This document shows, in pieces, positions 38,366 through 48,097 of a DNA stretch of 64,000 nucleotides; the stretch's first letter is position 1, and each line of letters opens with the position of its first letter. This DNA is from Candidatus Latescibacterota bacterium (lineage in GTDB: Bacteria > Latescibacterota > UBA2968 > UBA8231), in NCBI GenBank assembly GCA_965242865.1, contig CBDETK010000013.1, positions 1,056,001 to 1,120,000 on the forward strand. Direction: 5' to 3'. Made by a program: the position numbers and the translations under genes. The notes under the pieces are model-generated. The model was given only the letters and a program-made list of their open reading frames with translations, was not told the origin of the DNA and searched no databases.

Positions 38366-39516
38366 GGCAATCCCCCGGCCAGCAGGTTCGACTGCCACAC
38401 TTCGTCAAGGCCCAACGGGGCTAGACTCTTTTGGGAGATGTTCCCGGCATCGGCTGACTTCATGGTAGTACGACCACCAATTTTATCCACGAGAACGAGT
38501 TCGCTGAGCTTGAGTGCTCGAACAACCGACTCGCTATGAGTGGTCAGCCAGATAGGATTTTCCGGCGACGCCTGCTGCCGCATCAAATCTATCAACTTGC
38601 GGATGGCCATGGGATGCAGCCCTCGCTCCGGCTCCTCAATCAACGTCATTCCGCCACCTGAAGGCGCGTCGAGCGCGGCAACCAGCAAACAGAGCGCGTA
38701 CATCGTTCCGTCTGAAACTAGATGGGCGGGAAACGCTTGCTCAAACCCTTCCTCCTTGAACAGCAGGGCGGTCCTGCCATCCAATCTCTGCTGTTCCGTC
38801 TGGATGTCCTCGATCCCTGGGACAATCATTTCCATCCAGTCGAGAATTTCTTCGCAGATCTCCTGATCGCCCTCTAAACGATGCAAGACACTCGCCAGAT
38901 TGTGCCCCTTGTGAGCTAACTGCGTTGGATCAAGGTCGGATTTATCTGGTGCCTTTGCGCCTATAGGGTCAATCCTATACACGTGCAAATTTTTAAGGAG
39001 CTTAGTCAACGGATCCTCCCTAAAAAGCGAGAGTTCCTCCTCAAAAAGCGAGAGTACCGAGTAGATAGTCTGGCCCCCTCCAAGTTTAACCTTTTCCAAG
39101 ACTATCGACTTTTCGCCCCTTTTTCGCGTAATGCGTTGTTTCCCGTTGACTCTCAAGCATTCTTCAATCTTAGGTTCCCTATCAAGATCGTGAATACGTA
39201 GCGAGTAATGAAAAGAGGATGGCTCTTCTTTTTGCTCTTGCAAAAGATCGCATTCGATCTCAAAGCTAAACGTTTTGGCATCGGCCCCCTCGCGTTTCTT
39301 TGAATGGATATTTGCAAAGCCCCCATGCGCTCGCAACGCGATTTCAATTCCGCCGCGCACGAAGAGACTGACAAAGCCCAGCGCGTCAAAAAAATTGCTC
39401 TTGCCCGAGCCATTCGCTCCCGCAAACACCGAAAAGGGCGCAAGCCCCTCCACTTCCAACGAGTCAATGCTCTTGAAGTTTTCGATCTTCAATCTGCGAA
39501 TGGTCTTCGCGGTCAT
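38359..39516 (-). CDS. ABC/AAA_21-type ATPase (AbiEii/OLD-like)
   Basis: IENFKSI, GANGSGKSN, VSDGT, LIEEPERGLHP, TTHS. Confidence 0.9.
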   Translation of the reverse strand: MTAKTIRRLKIENFKSIDSLEVEGLAPFSVFAGANGSGKSNFFDALGFVSLFVRGGIEIALRAHGGFANIHSKKREGADAKTFSFEIECDLLQEQKEEPSSFHYSLRIHDLDREPKIEECLRVNGKQRITRKRGEKSIVLEKVKLGGGQTIYSVLSLFEEELSLFREDPLTKLLKNLHVYRIDPIGAKAPDKSDLDPTQLAHKGHNLASVLHRLEGDQEICEEILDWMEMIVPGIEDIQTEQQRLDGRTALLFKEEGFEQAFPAHLVSDGTMYALCLLVAALDAPSGGGMTLIEEPERGLHPMAIRKLIDLMRQQASPENPIWLTTHSESVVRALKLSELVLVDKIGGRTTMKSADAGNISQKSLAPLGLDEVWQSNLLAGGLPW

Positions 39517-40394
39517 AGCGACACCCGCACTCGGCTCTTTTTTGCCAAGGATTTCTCCAGCGCCTCCAGCACCACCACCGGCCCCAACATGGTCTGGGCG
39601 GTCTCGTTGGTTTTGCCGGTGCGGAACATGGCGCAAAAATCGCGAATGCCGCTCAAGTATTGGCTCTCGTCAAAGGTGATGGGCGCGTCAATGCGGCCCT
39701 GCTCGCCGATGGCGCTCAGATGGAAACCGGGCGCAGCCCCGCCCACCAAATTCAGGGTGGCCACGCAGCCGTTGCGGTACGCGAGGGTCGCTGTGTGGTT
39801 GGCCCCGGCCCCGCGATGGACCTCGGCCCAGCGCACATCCGCGCCGAGCAGGCGCAGCACCATATCCACTTGGTGAATGCCGTAAAAAAAGACCCCGCCC
39901 CACTTCGACTTGATGTCGCAGGGGCCGGTGGCAACTACGGCCTGAATGGGGCCGAGCCGGCGCATCTTTTGGGCAAAATCCTGGTACGCGGCCTGTTTGG
40001 GCAACGTCGAAAAAGAGCAGACTGGCACGCCCAACGCTTCAGCCCGCGCCAAAAAACGCTGCCCCTCGGCCCGGCGGTAGCAGAACGGCTTGTCGATAAA
40101 AAGCGGGATTTTGGCTTCGAGCAGGGGGCGGGCTGCCGGCAGGTGCTCCTTGCCGTGGCGCTGATCGACCACCGCCGCATCGACTTGGCCGATCAGTGCT
40201 TCGGGCGTGCGGACAATGTGCGGGATTTGACCGGCGGCCGCCGCGGCCTGCGCGTATTGGGCGGTCTCGCCCCACACGTGGGTCACCCGCACACCGCGCA
40301 CCCTTTTTTCGACGTTGAGCACCTTGGCGATGGCGGCCGTGTGGCTGTTTTCCGCCCCGACGATGCCGATGGTCAGCACCTTATGCCTCGCCAA
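39513..40394 (-). CDS. Gfo/Idh/MocA oxidoreductase
   Basis: IGIVGAENSH, LFIDKPF, FYGIHQVD. Confidence 0.88.
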   Translation of the reverse strand: MARHKVLTIGIVGAENSHTAAIAKVLNVEKRVRGVRVTHVWGETAQYAQAAAAAGQIPHIVRTPEALIGQVDAAVVDQRHGKEHLPAARPLLEAKIPLFIDKPFCYRRAEGQRFLARAEALGVPVCSFSTLPKQAAYQDFAQKMRRLGPIQAVVATGPCDIKSKWGGVFFYGIHQVDMVLRLLGADVRWAEVHRGAGANHTATLAYRNGCVATLNLVGGAAPGFHLSAIGEQGRIDAPITFDESQYLSGIRDFCAMFRTGKTNETAQTMLGPVVVLEALEKSLAKKSRVRVSL

Positions 40395-41205
40395 ACGGCC
40401 ACAGCTTCAACGCGGTCTTGCCCAGCACCCACTCCAGATCTTCCGGCGCGATGAACTTCATCTCGTCGCGCACCACCGTCAGGGGCTGGGCGTATTCGGC
40501 CCTCGACAAGCACACCGGCCAGTCCGTGCCCCACATAATGCGCTGCGGCCCAAAGGTCTGATAGACCTCTTCGACCATCTCGTGCGTATCGGCCCAAGGA
40601 TAGCTCTGCTTGGACAGGGACCAAGTGTGGCTAATTTTGACATACACCCGGGGATACCGGGCCATGTCCATCAGCAATCGCCGCTCCTGCGGGTTGTCCG
40701 GGTGGGCGCTGGCCATGTGGTCGATACAGCAATCCACCTGTGGGTAGCGGTCGAGAATCCGCGCCAAATCCGGCAACCGGCTCGGCCCGGTCAGAAGCAA
40801 CATTGGGATCCCCAACGCCTCGGCGCGGGCGAAAATCGGGTCCATTTCCGGCCCCTTGAACCAATCGCCCCGCTCGTCCTGGGACGGCGACAGCCGCATC
40901 CCGTGCAGGCCGCGTTCTTCGGTCCACATCGAGATGTGCTCGGGAGCGGCCGGGTCTTCGGGATTGATGCGTCCCACGGCCATGAAGCGGTCGGGATATT
41001 GCTCGATGACGTGGGCGACATAGCTGTTGTCCCAGCGGTAGTGGATGACCTGCACCAGCACGGTCTTTTCCACGCCGTTGGCGTCCATCAGCGCCAGTAG
41101 GTCTTCGGCGGTGTGGTTTTCGGCCGGTGGATTGGGGTTTTCGGCCGGCCAAGGAAAGGCCGGATCGTTGATCCATACGTGAACATGCGGGTCGATAACG
41201 CGCAT
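40381..41205 (-). CDS. Amidohydrolase_2 family (L-fuconolactonase-like)
   Basis: IDPHVHVW, IDHMA, VYVKIS, RIMWGTDWP. Confidence 0.9.
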   Translation of the reverse strand: MRVIDPHVHVWINDPAFPWPAENPNPPAENHTAEDLLALMDANGVEKTVLVQVIHYRWDNSYVAHVIEQYPDRFMAVGRINPEDPAAPEHISMWTEERGLHGMRLSPSQDERGDWFKGPEMDPIFARAEALGIPMLLLTGPSRLPDLARILDRYPQVDCCIDHMASAHPDNPQERRLLMDMARYPRVYVKISHTWSLSKQSYPWADTHEMVEEVYQTFGPQRIMWGTDWPVCLSRAEYAQPLTVVRDEMKFIAPEDLEWVLGKTALKLWPFGEA

Positions 41206-41348
41206 TGGACATCCTTTCTGCGAAGGGTTGGCGATAACATGCGAAAAACCGGGCGGCTCGTCCAGCGACGCGCCGCTTGCGAGCCAGCGGCCGGCCGCCT
41301 AGATTGACCAACCCCTTTCTTCGCCCTACGGCCCACAGGAGCTTTGCT

Positions 41349-42917
41349 TTGTTCGACTTGACCATCCGCAACGGCACCCTCATCGACGGCACCCGCGCCG
41401 ACCGCTACCCCGCGGACATCGGCCTGCGCGCCGACCGCATCGCCGCCATCGGCAACCTCAGCCACGCCGCATCCGAGCACAGCATTGACGCGCGCGGCAA
41501 AATCGTGGCCCCGGGCTTTGTCGATGTTCACACCCACTCCGACGGCTGGCTCTTGCAGCAGCCCAATTTCCTCCCCAAGACCCTCCAGGGCTTTACCACC
41601 GAAGTCCTCATGGCCGACGGCATTTCCTACGCCCCGCTCGACCCGGGCACCCGCGCCCACTGGCTCTACTACATGCGCGCCCTCAACGGCCTGCTGCAAC
41701 GCCACTACACCGGCTGGGAGAGCCTCGCCGACTACATGCAGCAACTCGACGGCCGCACCGCGCAAAACACCATCACCCACCTCCCGTACGCCCACCTGCG
41801 GGCCTCGGCCTGCGGCTGGAGCCGCTGCGTCCCCGACGACGTGCAGATGGAAGAGATTCTCGCCGGGGTCGAGCGCGGCATGGCCGAAGGCGCGGTCGGC
41901 CTTTCGACCGGCCTCGACTACATCGCCGAGTGCTTTGCCACCACGGACGAACTCGTCGAAGCCTGCGCTGCCATGGCCGCGCAACAGGGCCTTTACGCCA
42001 CCCATGTTCGCTACAAAAAGGGCACCCTCGCCGGGGTGCAGGAGGCCGTGGAAATCGGCCGGCGCGCCCAAGTCCCGGTCCACATTTCCCACTTCAAGGG
42101 CACCTCGCCCCAGCAAATCGACGCCCTGCTGTCGTACGTCGATCAAGTCGCGGTCCACGAGGTGGATTTCAGCTTTGACGTGTACCCGTACCTGCCCGGT
42201 TCGACCATGCTCAACTTCATGTTGCCGTACGAGGTGTGGGAGGACGGCCCGCTGGGGGTCTTGCCCAAGCTCAACGAGCCCGCGCTCCGCCGCCGCTTTG
42301 CCCGCGTCCTCAGCCGCTACGCCAACCCCCTCGACCAGATGACCATTGCTTGGCTGCCCGGGCGCGACAACGCCCGCTTTATCGGCCGCACCCTAGGCGA
42401 ATACGTCCAACAGGCCGACGCCCCCCCGGCCGACGCGCTGTGCGACCTGCTCATTGAGGAAAACTTGGCGGTCCTCCTCGTCTTTCACCACGGCGACGAC
42501 GCCTTGGTCCATCCCTTTCTGGCGCACGAAAAGTACATGATGGGCAGCGATGGGATTTACTTCCCGGACGGGGCGGTCCACCCCCGGGTGTACGGCTCGG
42601 CCGCCCGCCTGCTCGGGCCTTGCGTCCGCGACCACCAGCTGTTCTCGCTCGAAGACGCGGTCCACAAGCTGAGCGCGTATCCCGCGGCGCGCTTCGGCCT
42701 AGCGCAACGGGGGCAAATCGCCGAAGGCTTCTACGCGGACTTAGTCGTCTTTGACGCGGCGACCATTGCGGACCGCGCCACCTACCAAGACCCCCATCAA
42801 CACTCGGTCGGCGTCGAGCACGTCCTCGTCAACGGGGTGCCCATCGTCCGCAACGGCTGCGCGGTCGAGAGCTTGGGCCCGCGCTGGCCGGGCCGCTATC
42901 TCAAGTTCAGGGCCTGA
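41349..42917 (+). CDS. N-acyl-D-amino-acid deacylase
   Basis: IRNGTLIDGT, PGFVDVHTHSD, GLSTGLDY, HPRVYG, ADLVVFD. Confidence 0.9.
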   Translation: MFDLTIRNGTLIDGTRADRYPADIGLRADRIAAIGNLSHAASEHSIDARGKIVAPGFVDVHTHSDGWLLQQPNFLPKTLQGFTTEVLMADGISYAPLDPGTRAHWLYYMRALNGLLQRHYTGWESLADYMQQLDGRTAQNTITHLPYAHLRASACGWSRCVPDDVQMEEILAGVERGMAEGAVGLSTGLDYIAECFATTDELVEACAAMAAQQGLYATHVRYKKGTLAGVQEAVEIGRRAQVPVHISHFKGTSPQQIDALLSYVDQVAVHEVDFSFDVYPYLPGSTMLNFMLPYEVWEDGPLGVLPKLNEPALRRRFARVLSRYANPLDQMTIAWLPGRDNARFIGRTLGEYVQQADAPPADALCDLLIEENLAVLLVFHHGDDALVHPFLAHEKYMMGSDGIYFPDGAVHPRVYGSAARLLGPCVRDHQLFSLEDAVHKLSAYPAARFGLAQRGQIAEGFYADLVVFDAATIADRATYQDPHQHSVGVEHVLVNGVPIVRNGCAVESLGPRWPGRYLKFRA

Positions 42918-42950
42918 TCGGATCGGCCCGCCGGGTTGACGAGCGCGGCA

Positions 42951-45101
42951 TCACGGCTGCAAGAACCAATAGTGAAACGAAACAACCGGCCGCAACGCGC
43001 CGCCCACGTGCTGCGGCTGGGTCTCAATCTCGACGCGGCCGCTCACCTCCGCGGCCGCGAGTTGGCCGATGGCCCGCTCAATCCACTGGCGGCCCGGCCC
43101 ACCCGGCAGCTCCACCGTGGCAATTTTCTTGCCATTGGCCAGCACGGCAAAGCGCTGGGCAATGCCCGTAACCGTGCGCATGACGATAACCGCCGGTTGG
43201 CCGGCATTCAGCACCACCTCCATGCGCTCGCCTCCTGTTACCGTCCGGCCCCCGTCCAGGTATATCGCTTGGGGATCGTCGGCCGCGCTCAGCGCCAGCA
43301 GCAAATTCGCCTCCCCGCTGCCGGGAACCCGCACCGTGGACTGGTATCCGTGCCGACGCTCGCTTGCCAGATCGGCCACATCCACTGCATCGACCACCTG
43401 CCAGCCCTCGGCTAAGAGCGTCCGGTTGCGGATGGCTTGGCCGCTGAGCTCGGCGTCCCAACGCGCCTGATACAACACCTTCTCCGCGTCGATGATCGAC
43501 GGCTCAAAGACGCGAATGCGGTGCAGCGGCTGCAAAAACAGGCCCTCGGGAAAGTTGAACCAGTTGGGGAAAATGGCGAAGTACTGGGGGCGCTGGTCCG
43601 GCGGCATGGCTTCGAGCCGCTCAAATAGCGACCCGCTCCCGTGCCGCCACGACGCGCTGATCCCGGCCGTAGTCAGCCCGACTAAATCGACGGTTGAGCG
43701 GCGGCCGAAGTAGCGCAGGGCCCCGGCGTCGTTGACGGCGATGCGGGCGGCGGGCGGCAACTCGGCGTCGATAAAGCGCGCCAGCTCGACCTGCTGGTTG
43801 CGTATATCGCTGCAATTCTCCCCGTACGCAACGGCGAAAAACCCCACCGACAGCAACCCCCAGAAACCGAAAAAGCACGCCAAGCCCCGCGCCAGCTTGC
43901 CGCTCCATGCTTCCAAGCGGCCCAAGCCCAAGGCGACAAAGAGCAGGTAGAGTGGCAAGAAGGGCTGTTGGTAGCGGTTGAAGTGGGCGTCGTATTCGAC
44001 GAGGGTGCAGGTAAGTAGGACGCCGCCGACCAACCACGCGCCGCCCAGTGCCGCCACCCCGAGCTGCCGCTCGGACAGTTCGCCCCAGAGCCGATAGCTC
44101 AACTCGGCCACAAAAACGAGCGCGACAAACGGGGCAAACACCATGCGGCGATAATTGCCGTCGTACGCGTATAGATTGGCGCTCGTCTGGTGCCCCAGCG
44201 ACCCGGCGAGAATGCCCTTGACAAATTCGGCAAAGTCAAAAAAAACCGCGCGGATTTGCTCGGGCAGCGAGCCATGCGGCTCGGCAAAGCGCCACTTGGC
44301 CTCGATCCCAGACGCCCCGGCCTGTCCCGTCCACCAAGCTAGCAGCAGCACTTGGAGCGCGTACGCCGCCAACGGCACCCCCCACTGCCAGTTCAGGCCC
44401 CGGCGATAGGCGACCAGCGCCAGCAGCAGCAAGACCAAGGCGATCCCCTCGGGCCGCGCCAACGCCAGCAAGGCCGCGGCCAGCGGCGCACGTGGGTCGT
44501 CCGCTAGGTATAGATACAGGGTCAGCAAGATCGCGAAGGCCAAGAGGCCGATGGCCATGCCGCTGTAGTAGCCCCACAGCAGCGGGCCGCACGACAAAAA
44601 CAGGAGCGAGGCCACCCAGCCGCTGAACGGCCCACTCAATCGGCGGCCCAGCAACAGGAGCAGCCGGGCACTCCACCCGAGCCACACCCCCCCTAACGCC
44701 CACGCGTACAGGGCCATTTCCATCCCGTCCAGCCCCAGCCAAAAGCCCGGCACCAGCAGCAGGGTGTACAGCAGGCTCGTCGCGCCGGACGTTGGCTCCG
44801 CGCCGGTATTGTATTCGAGGAAGTGCCCTTGGGCCGCTTGCCGCGCGTATTGGAAATAGATGAAGGAATCGTCTAGCGGCAGGGCCAAACGACCGCCCGT
44901 GTGGTAGAGCATGGAGGCCGCAAACACCACGAGCCACAACAGGGCCAAGCCCCAAAGGATGGCCCCCTCTCGTCGAATTTCAGCCTCAGCGCAAAGTCGG
45001 TCGGCAAAGCGGTGTGCCCTCTGAGCGACTTTGCAGAGACCGCGCCAAATAACCGGCCGCATCCGTCGTCGTGCCGGCCGACAGGCGCACTTACCCCTCA
45101 A
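42951..45101 (-). CDS. Polytopic membrane protein, GT-C glycosyltransferase-like (start uncertain)
   Basis: LPLDDSFIYFQYAR, GATSLLY, LARPEG, RYQQP, DAGALRY, VDLVGL. Confidence 0.75.
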   Translation of the reverse strand: MRGKCACRPARRRMRPVIWRGLCKVAQRAHRFADRLCAEAEIRREGAILWGLALLWLVVFAASMLYHTGGRLALPLDDSFIYFQYARQAAQGHFLEYNTGAEPTSGATSLLYTLLLVPGFWLGLDGMEMALYAWALGGVWLGWSARLLLLLGRRLSGPFSGWVASLLFLSCGPLLWGYYSGMAIGLLAFAILLTLYLYLADDPRAPLAAALLALARPEGIALVLLLLALVAYRRGLNWQWGVPLAAYALQVLLLAWWTGQAGASGIEAKWRFAEPHGSLPEQIRAVFFDFAEFVKGILAGSLGHQTSANLYAYDGNYRRMVFAPFVALVFVAELSYRLWGELSERQLGVAALGGAWLVGGVLLTCTLVEYDAHFNRYQQPFLPLYLLFVALGLGRLEAWSGKLARGLACFFGFWGLLSVGFFAVAYGENCSDIRNQQVELARFIDAELPPAARIAVNDAGALRYFGRRSTVDLVGLTTAGISASWRHGSGSLFERLEAMPPDQRPQYFAIFPNWFNFPEGLFLQPLHRIRVFEPSIIDAEKVLYQARWDAELSGQAIRNRTLLAEGWQVVDAVDVADLASERRHGYQSTVRVPGSGEANLLLALSAADDPQAIYLDGGRTVTGGERMEVVLNAGQPAVIVMRTVTGIAQRFAVLANGKKIATVELPGGPGRQWIERAIGQLAAAEVSGRVEIETQPQHVGGALRPVVSFHYWFLQP

Positions 45102-45202
45102 GCCGCCGCGCCGACGTGAACGCGCAACAACAGATCGATGAAACCGCCGATAAACACCGTCATAAGGTCCGTTCCTTCATATACCTGAAATTACGCGGTG
45201 CC

Positions 45203-46162
45203 CTACTCGGCTTGGTCTAACAGATGCCTAAAGGCGTCGAGGCTGGGCACCTGTATGGCCGCCCGAAACAATCGCTTGAGGTGCTGCACATCGCCGATGC
45301 CCCCAATGCGAGCGGCCAACGGATCGGACGCCGCTAGCCCGAAGCGAATCGCTAGCACCTCGAGCAGATCTTCAACGGCGCGTTCTCGGCCGCCTCGCTC
45401 AATGCCCTGCTCAATGCCCTGCTCGATGCCCTGCTCGATGCCCTGCTCAATGCCTTGCTCAATGCCCTGCTTGATACCCTGCTCAATGCCCTTTTCCGTG
45501 AAATACTGCACTACCGACGACTCGTACATGGTCTCCTCCGCGATGATGGTCGTAATCGTGTCTAAGTTATACACCAACCCGCTCAATATCGCAAGATTGG
45601 CCAAGTAATTGGCCTGGCGGGATTCGGCCAGCGGCACCTGCTGTGCCCGGTTGACACACTGGCGCAACCACCCCTCGGCATCCAGTCCGGCGGGCGGCTG
45701 CATCAATGGCGCAAATGGCAGCAAGCCCGAAGGCCCCTTCTCAAGCATGCGTTGGCCATCGAGCTCAATCAGCCGACTCACCTTGTATTGCACCAACACG
45801 CGGTAGCCGGACCGCTCTTGGAGATAATACCCCGGATCGCTCCGACCCGCGTCCGGGCGCAAGTAGATGACGTTAGAGTAGATCGGGCACTTGTGCTGCT
45901 CAATGCCGCGCCCGATATAGCCGACCATGCGGAGGGGCATGGGTGGTTTGCTGTCGGTGGTTTGAAACTCGTGATGGACCAACGCGTCCACGCCATTGAC
46001 GTGGACGCGAATGAGGCTATCGGTGCGATGGGTTTCGATGGTGGTTTGCTCGGTCTCGACGACGCCGAGGACTTGGATGTCGTCTTGTTGGAGGGCGAAT
46101 CGGGCGAAGTCCGTTGGGTACGTGTGGATGAGGTGTTTGGCGATGGTATCGAATTCGGCCAT
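45203..46162 (-). CDS. Rpn/YhgA-like PD-(D/E)XK family protein
   Basis: FDTIAKHL, RTDSLI, HHEFQT, MPLRM, LLPFAPL; C-terminal (EQGI)n 12-bp tandem repeats. Confidence 0.85.
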   Translation of the reverse strand: MAEFDTIAKHLIHTYPTDFARFALQQDDIQVLGVVETEQTTIETHRTDSLIRVHVNGVDALVHHEFQTTDSKPPMPLRMVGYIGRGIEQHKCPIYSNVIYLRPDAGRSDPGYYLQERSGYRVLVQYKVSRLIELDGQRMLEKGPSGLLPFAPLMQPPAGLDAEGWLRQCVNRAQQVPLAESRQANYLANLAILSGLVYNLDTITTIIAEETMYESSVVQYFTEKGIEQGIKQGIEQGIEQGIEQGIEQGIEQGIERGGRERAVEDLLEVLAIRFGLAASDPLAARIGGIGDVQHLKRLFRAAIQVPSLDAFRHLLDQAE

Positions 46163-46210
46163 GAGCCATGCCTTGGTTGCGAGTGGACCAGATAAGGACC
46201 CTAATACACC

Positions 46211-47947
46211 CTAGTACGTCCTGTACACCACCCTAGTACCACTTGCTCGAATGGCGGGGATGTGAGTGGTGATTGATGCTCTGCTGAGGGGATTGTCCAC
46301 CAGATACAGGACGCCTAGGTTGGTTAGGCCGGCCAACGGACTCACGTCCTCAATCTCATTCTCGTCCAGACTCAACGATTTTAGGTTGGTCAGGCTCGCC
46401 AGCGAACCCACATCCGAAATCTCGTTATTATCCAGGGTCAACCATTTTAGGTTGGTCAGGCTCGCCAACGAACCCACGCCCGAAATCTCGTTACCGCCCA
46501 GACGCAACCATTCTAGGTTGGTCAGGCTGGCCAACGGACTTATATCCGAAATCTCGTTACTGGCCAGATAAAGATGATCTTTTAGGTTGGTCAGGCTCGC
46601 CAGCGAACCCACGTCCGAAATCTCGTTATTATCCAGCTTCAGCCCTTTTAGGTTGGTCAGGCTCGCCAACGAACCCACGTCCGAAATCTCGTTGTTCGAC
46701 AGGTCCAGCGTTCGCAGGTTGGTCAGGCTCGCCAACGAACCCACGTCCGAAATCTCGTTGTTCGACAGGTCCAGCGTTCGCAGGTTGGTCAGGCCGGCCA
46801 ACGGACGCAAATCCGTAATTTCGTTGCGCGACAGATATAGCTCTTGCAGTGCCGTCGCGTGTTCGAGGCCGGCCAAGCTCCGAATGTTGGTACCATTCGC
46901 TGAGAGCACGGTCAAGTGAGCCAGATCCGCCGGGTAAAGGGGCTGCCCGTGCGGGAGACGCGGGAAAGCCAGCACCGCCCGCACCTCCTCCTCCAGATTG
47001 GGGTCGGCGAACTCAACGGCTACCGCGCCCAGGTCCGCTTCCCTTTCTATCACAACGGCTACCGCGCCCAGGTCCGCTTCCGGTTCTATGGACTCGCTGA
47101 TGAGGTCGTTCGTGCCCAGCCATTGCAGGTTAGTCAGGCTCGCTAACGGACTCGTGTCCGCAATCTCGTTCTTCTCTAGCTGCAGCCATCGCAGGTTAGT
47201 TAGGCTGGCTAACGGACGCACGTCCGTAATTTGGTTCCCCCACAGCGACAGCACTCGCAGGTTGGTCAGGCTCGCCAACGGACGCACGTCCGTAATCTTG
47301 TTCCCCCACAGCGACAGCTTCCAAAGGTTGGTCAGGCTCGCCAGCGGACGCACGTCCGTAATTTGGTTGCGCCGCAGATATAGCTCTTGCAGTGCCGTCG
47401 CGTGTTCGAGGCCGGCCAAGCTCTGAATGTTTCTATCGCTCGCGTCGAGATAGGTCAGGGACGCCAGACCGGCCGCGGTAAGAGGCTGCCCGTGCGGGAG
47501 TTCCAATGCCTCCCGCACCGCCGCCGCCAGATTGGCGTCGGCGAACACAATGGCGTCGGCGGTTTCGGCTGGAGTGCTATCGGTTTCGTCGTCGGTCTCG
47601 CCATCGGTTTCGTCGTCGGTCTCGCCATCGGTCTCGCCATCGGTCTGGGTGCTATCGGGGCTTTCTACCGGCCCCTGCCCGCCCGCCTCGGTGCTATCGG
47701 CGGCGGTCTCGGTCTGGGTACTATCGGGCTCGGCGGTCTGGGTGCTATCGGGGCTTTCTATCGGCTCCTGCCCGTCAGCCGCGATGTAGGTCTCGTCGTC
47801 CAAGAAATCGCACAAGGCACAGGTGGCTTTGCCCGCCGGACGAGAGGCCACCGGCGCGGAGGTCCGTTCCGAGCAGCCCATCCAAGCCCCGACGAGGCCC
47901 AAAAGGACGAACCCAAGCAGGGTTTTTATCGATTTCAACAGTGGCAT
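46211..47947 (-). CDS. Internalin-like LRR lipoprotein (paralog C)
   Basis: AAGGAG RBS, lipobox WMGC, RPAGKATCALC, acidic linker, two cap+LRR blocks. Confidence 0.88.
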   Translation of the reverse strand: MPLLKSIKTLLGFVLLGLVGAWMGCSERTSAPVASRPAGKATCALCDFLDDETYIAADGQEPIESPDSTQTAEPDSTQTETAADSTEAGGQGPVESPDSTQTDGETDGETDDETDGETDDETDSTPAETADAIVFADANLAAAVREALELPHGQPLTAAGLASLTYLDASDRNIQSLAGLEHATALQELYLRRNQITDVRPLASLTNLWKLSLWGNKITDVRPLASLTNLRVLSLWGNQITDVRPLASLTNLRWLQLEKNEIADTSPLASLTNLQWLGTNDLISESIEPEADLGAVAVVIEREADLGAVAVEFADPNLEEEVRAVLAFPRLPHGQPLYPADLAHLTVLSANGTNIRSLAGLEHATALQELYLSRNEITDLRPLAGLTNLRTLDLSNNEISDVGSLASLTNLRTLDLSNNEISDVGSLASLTNLKGLKLDNNEISDVGSLASLTNLKDHLYLASNEISDISPLASLTNLEWLRLGGNEISGVGSLASLTNLKWLTLDNNEISDVGSLASLTNLKSLSLDENEIEDVSPLAGLTNLGVLYLVDNPLSRASITTHIPAIRASGTRVVYRTY

Positions 47948-48097
47948 TTTATGCTCCTTATGGAGGGTAGATACCAATCGCTTTTTGCAGTTCAGAAAAA
48001 CCATCATCAAGTTGCTTTTCAAGCCGATCCAAGCGAGGCAGAAGCTAATCTACGATCCCTTCCGGCCGCCCCACGCGCCTGCTAAAGAACAAAAAGT

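Noticed and set aside
45098-45166. 21-aa ORF MTVFIGGFIDLLLRVHVGAAA as a type I toxin
   Set aside because: Too short to support; no clear antisense partner or recognisable family.
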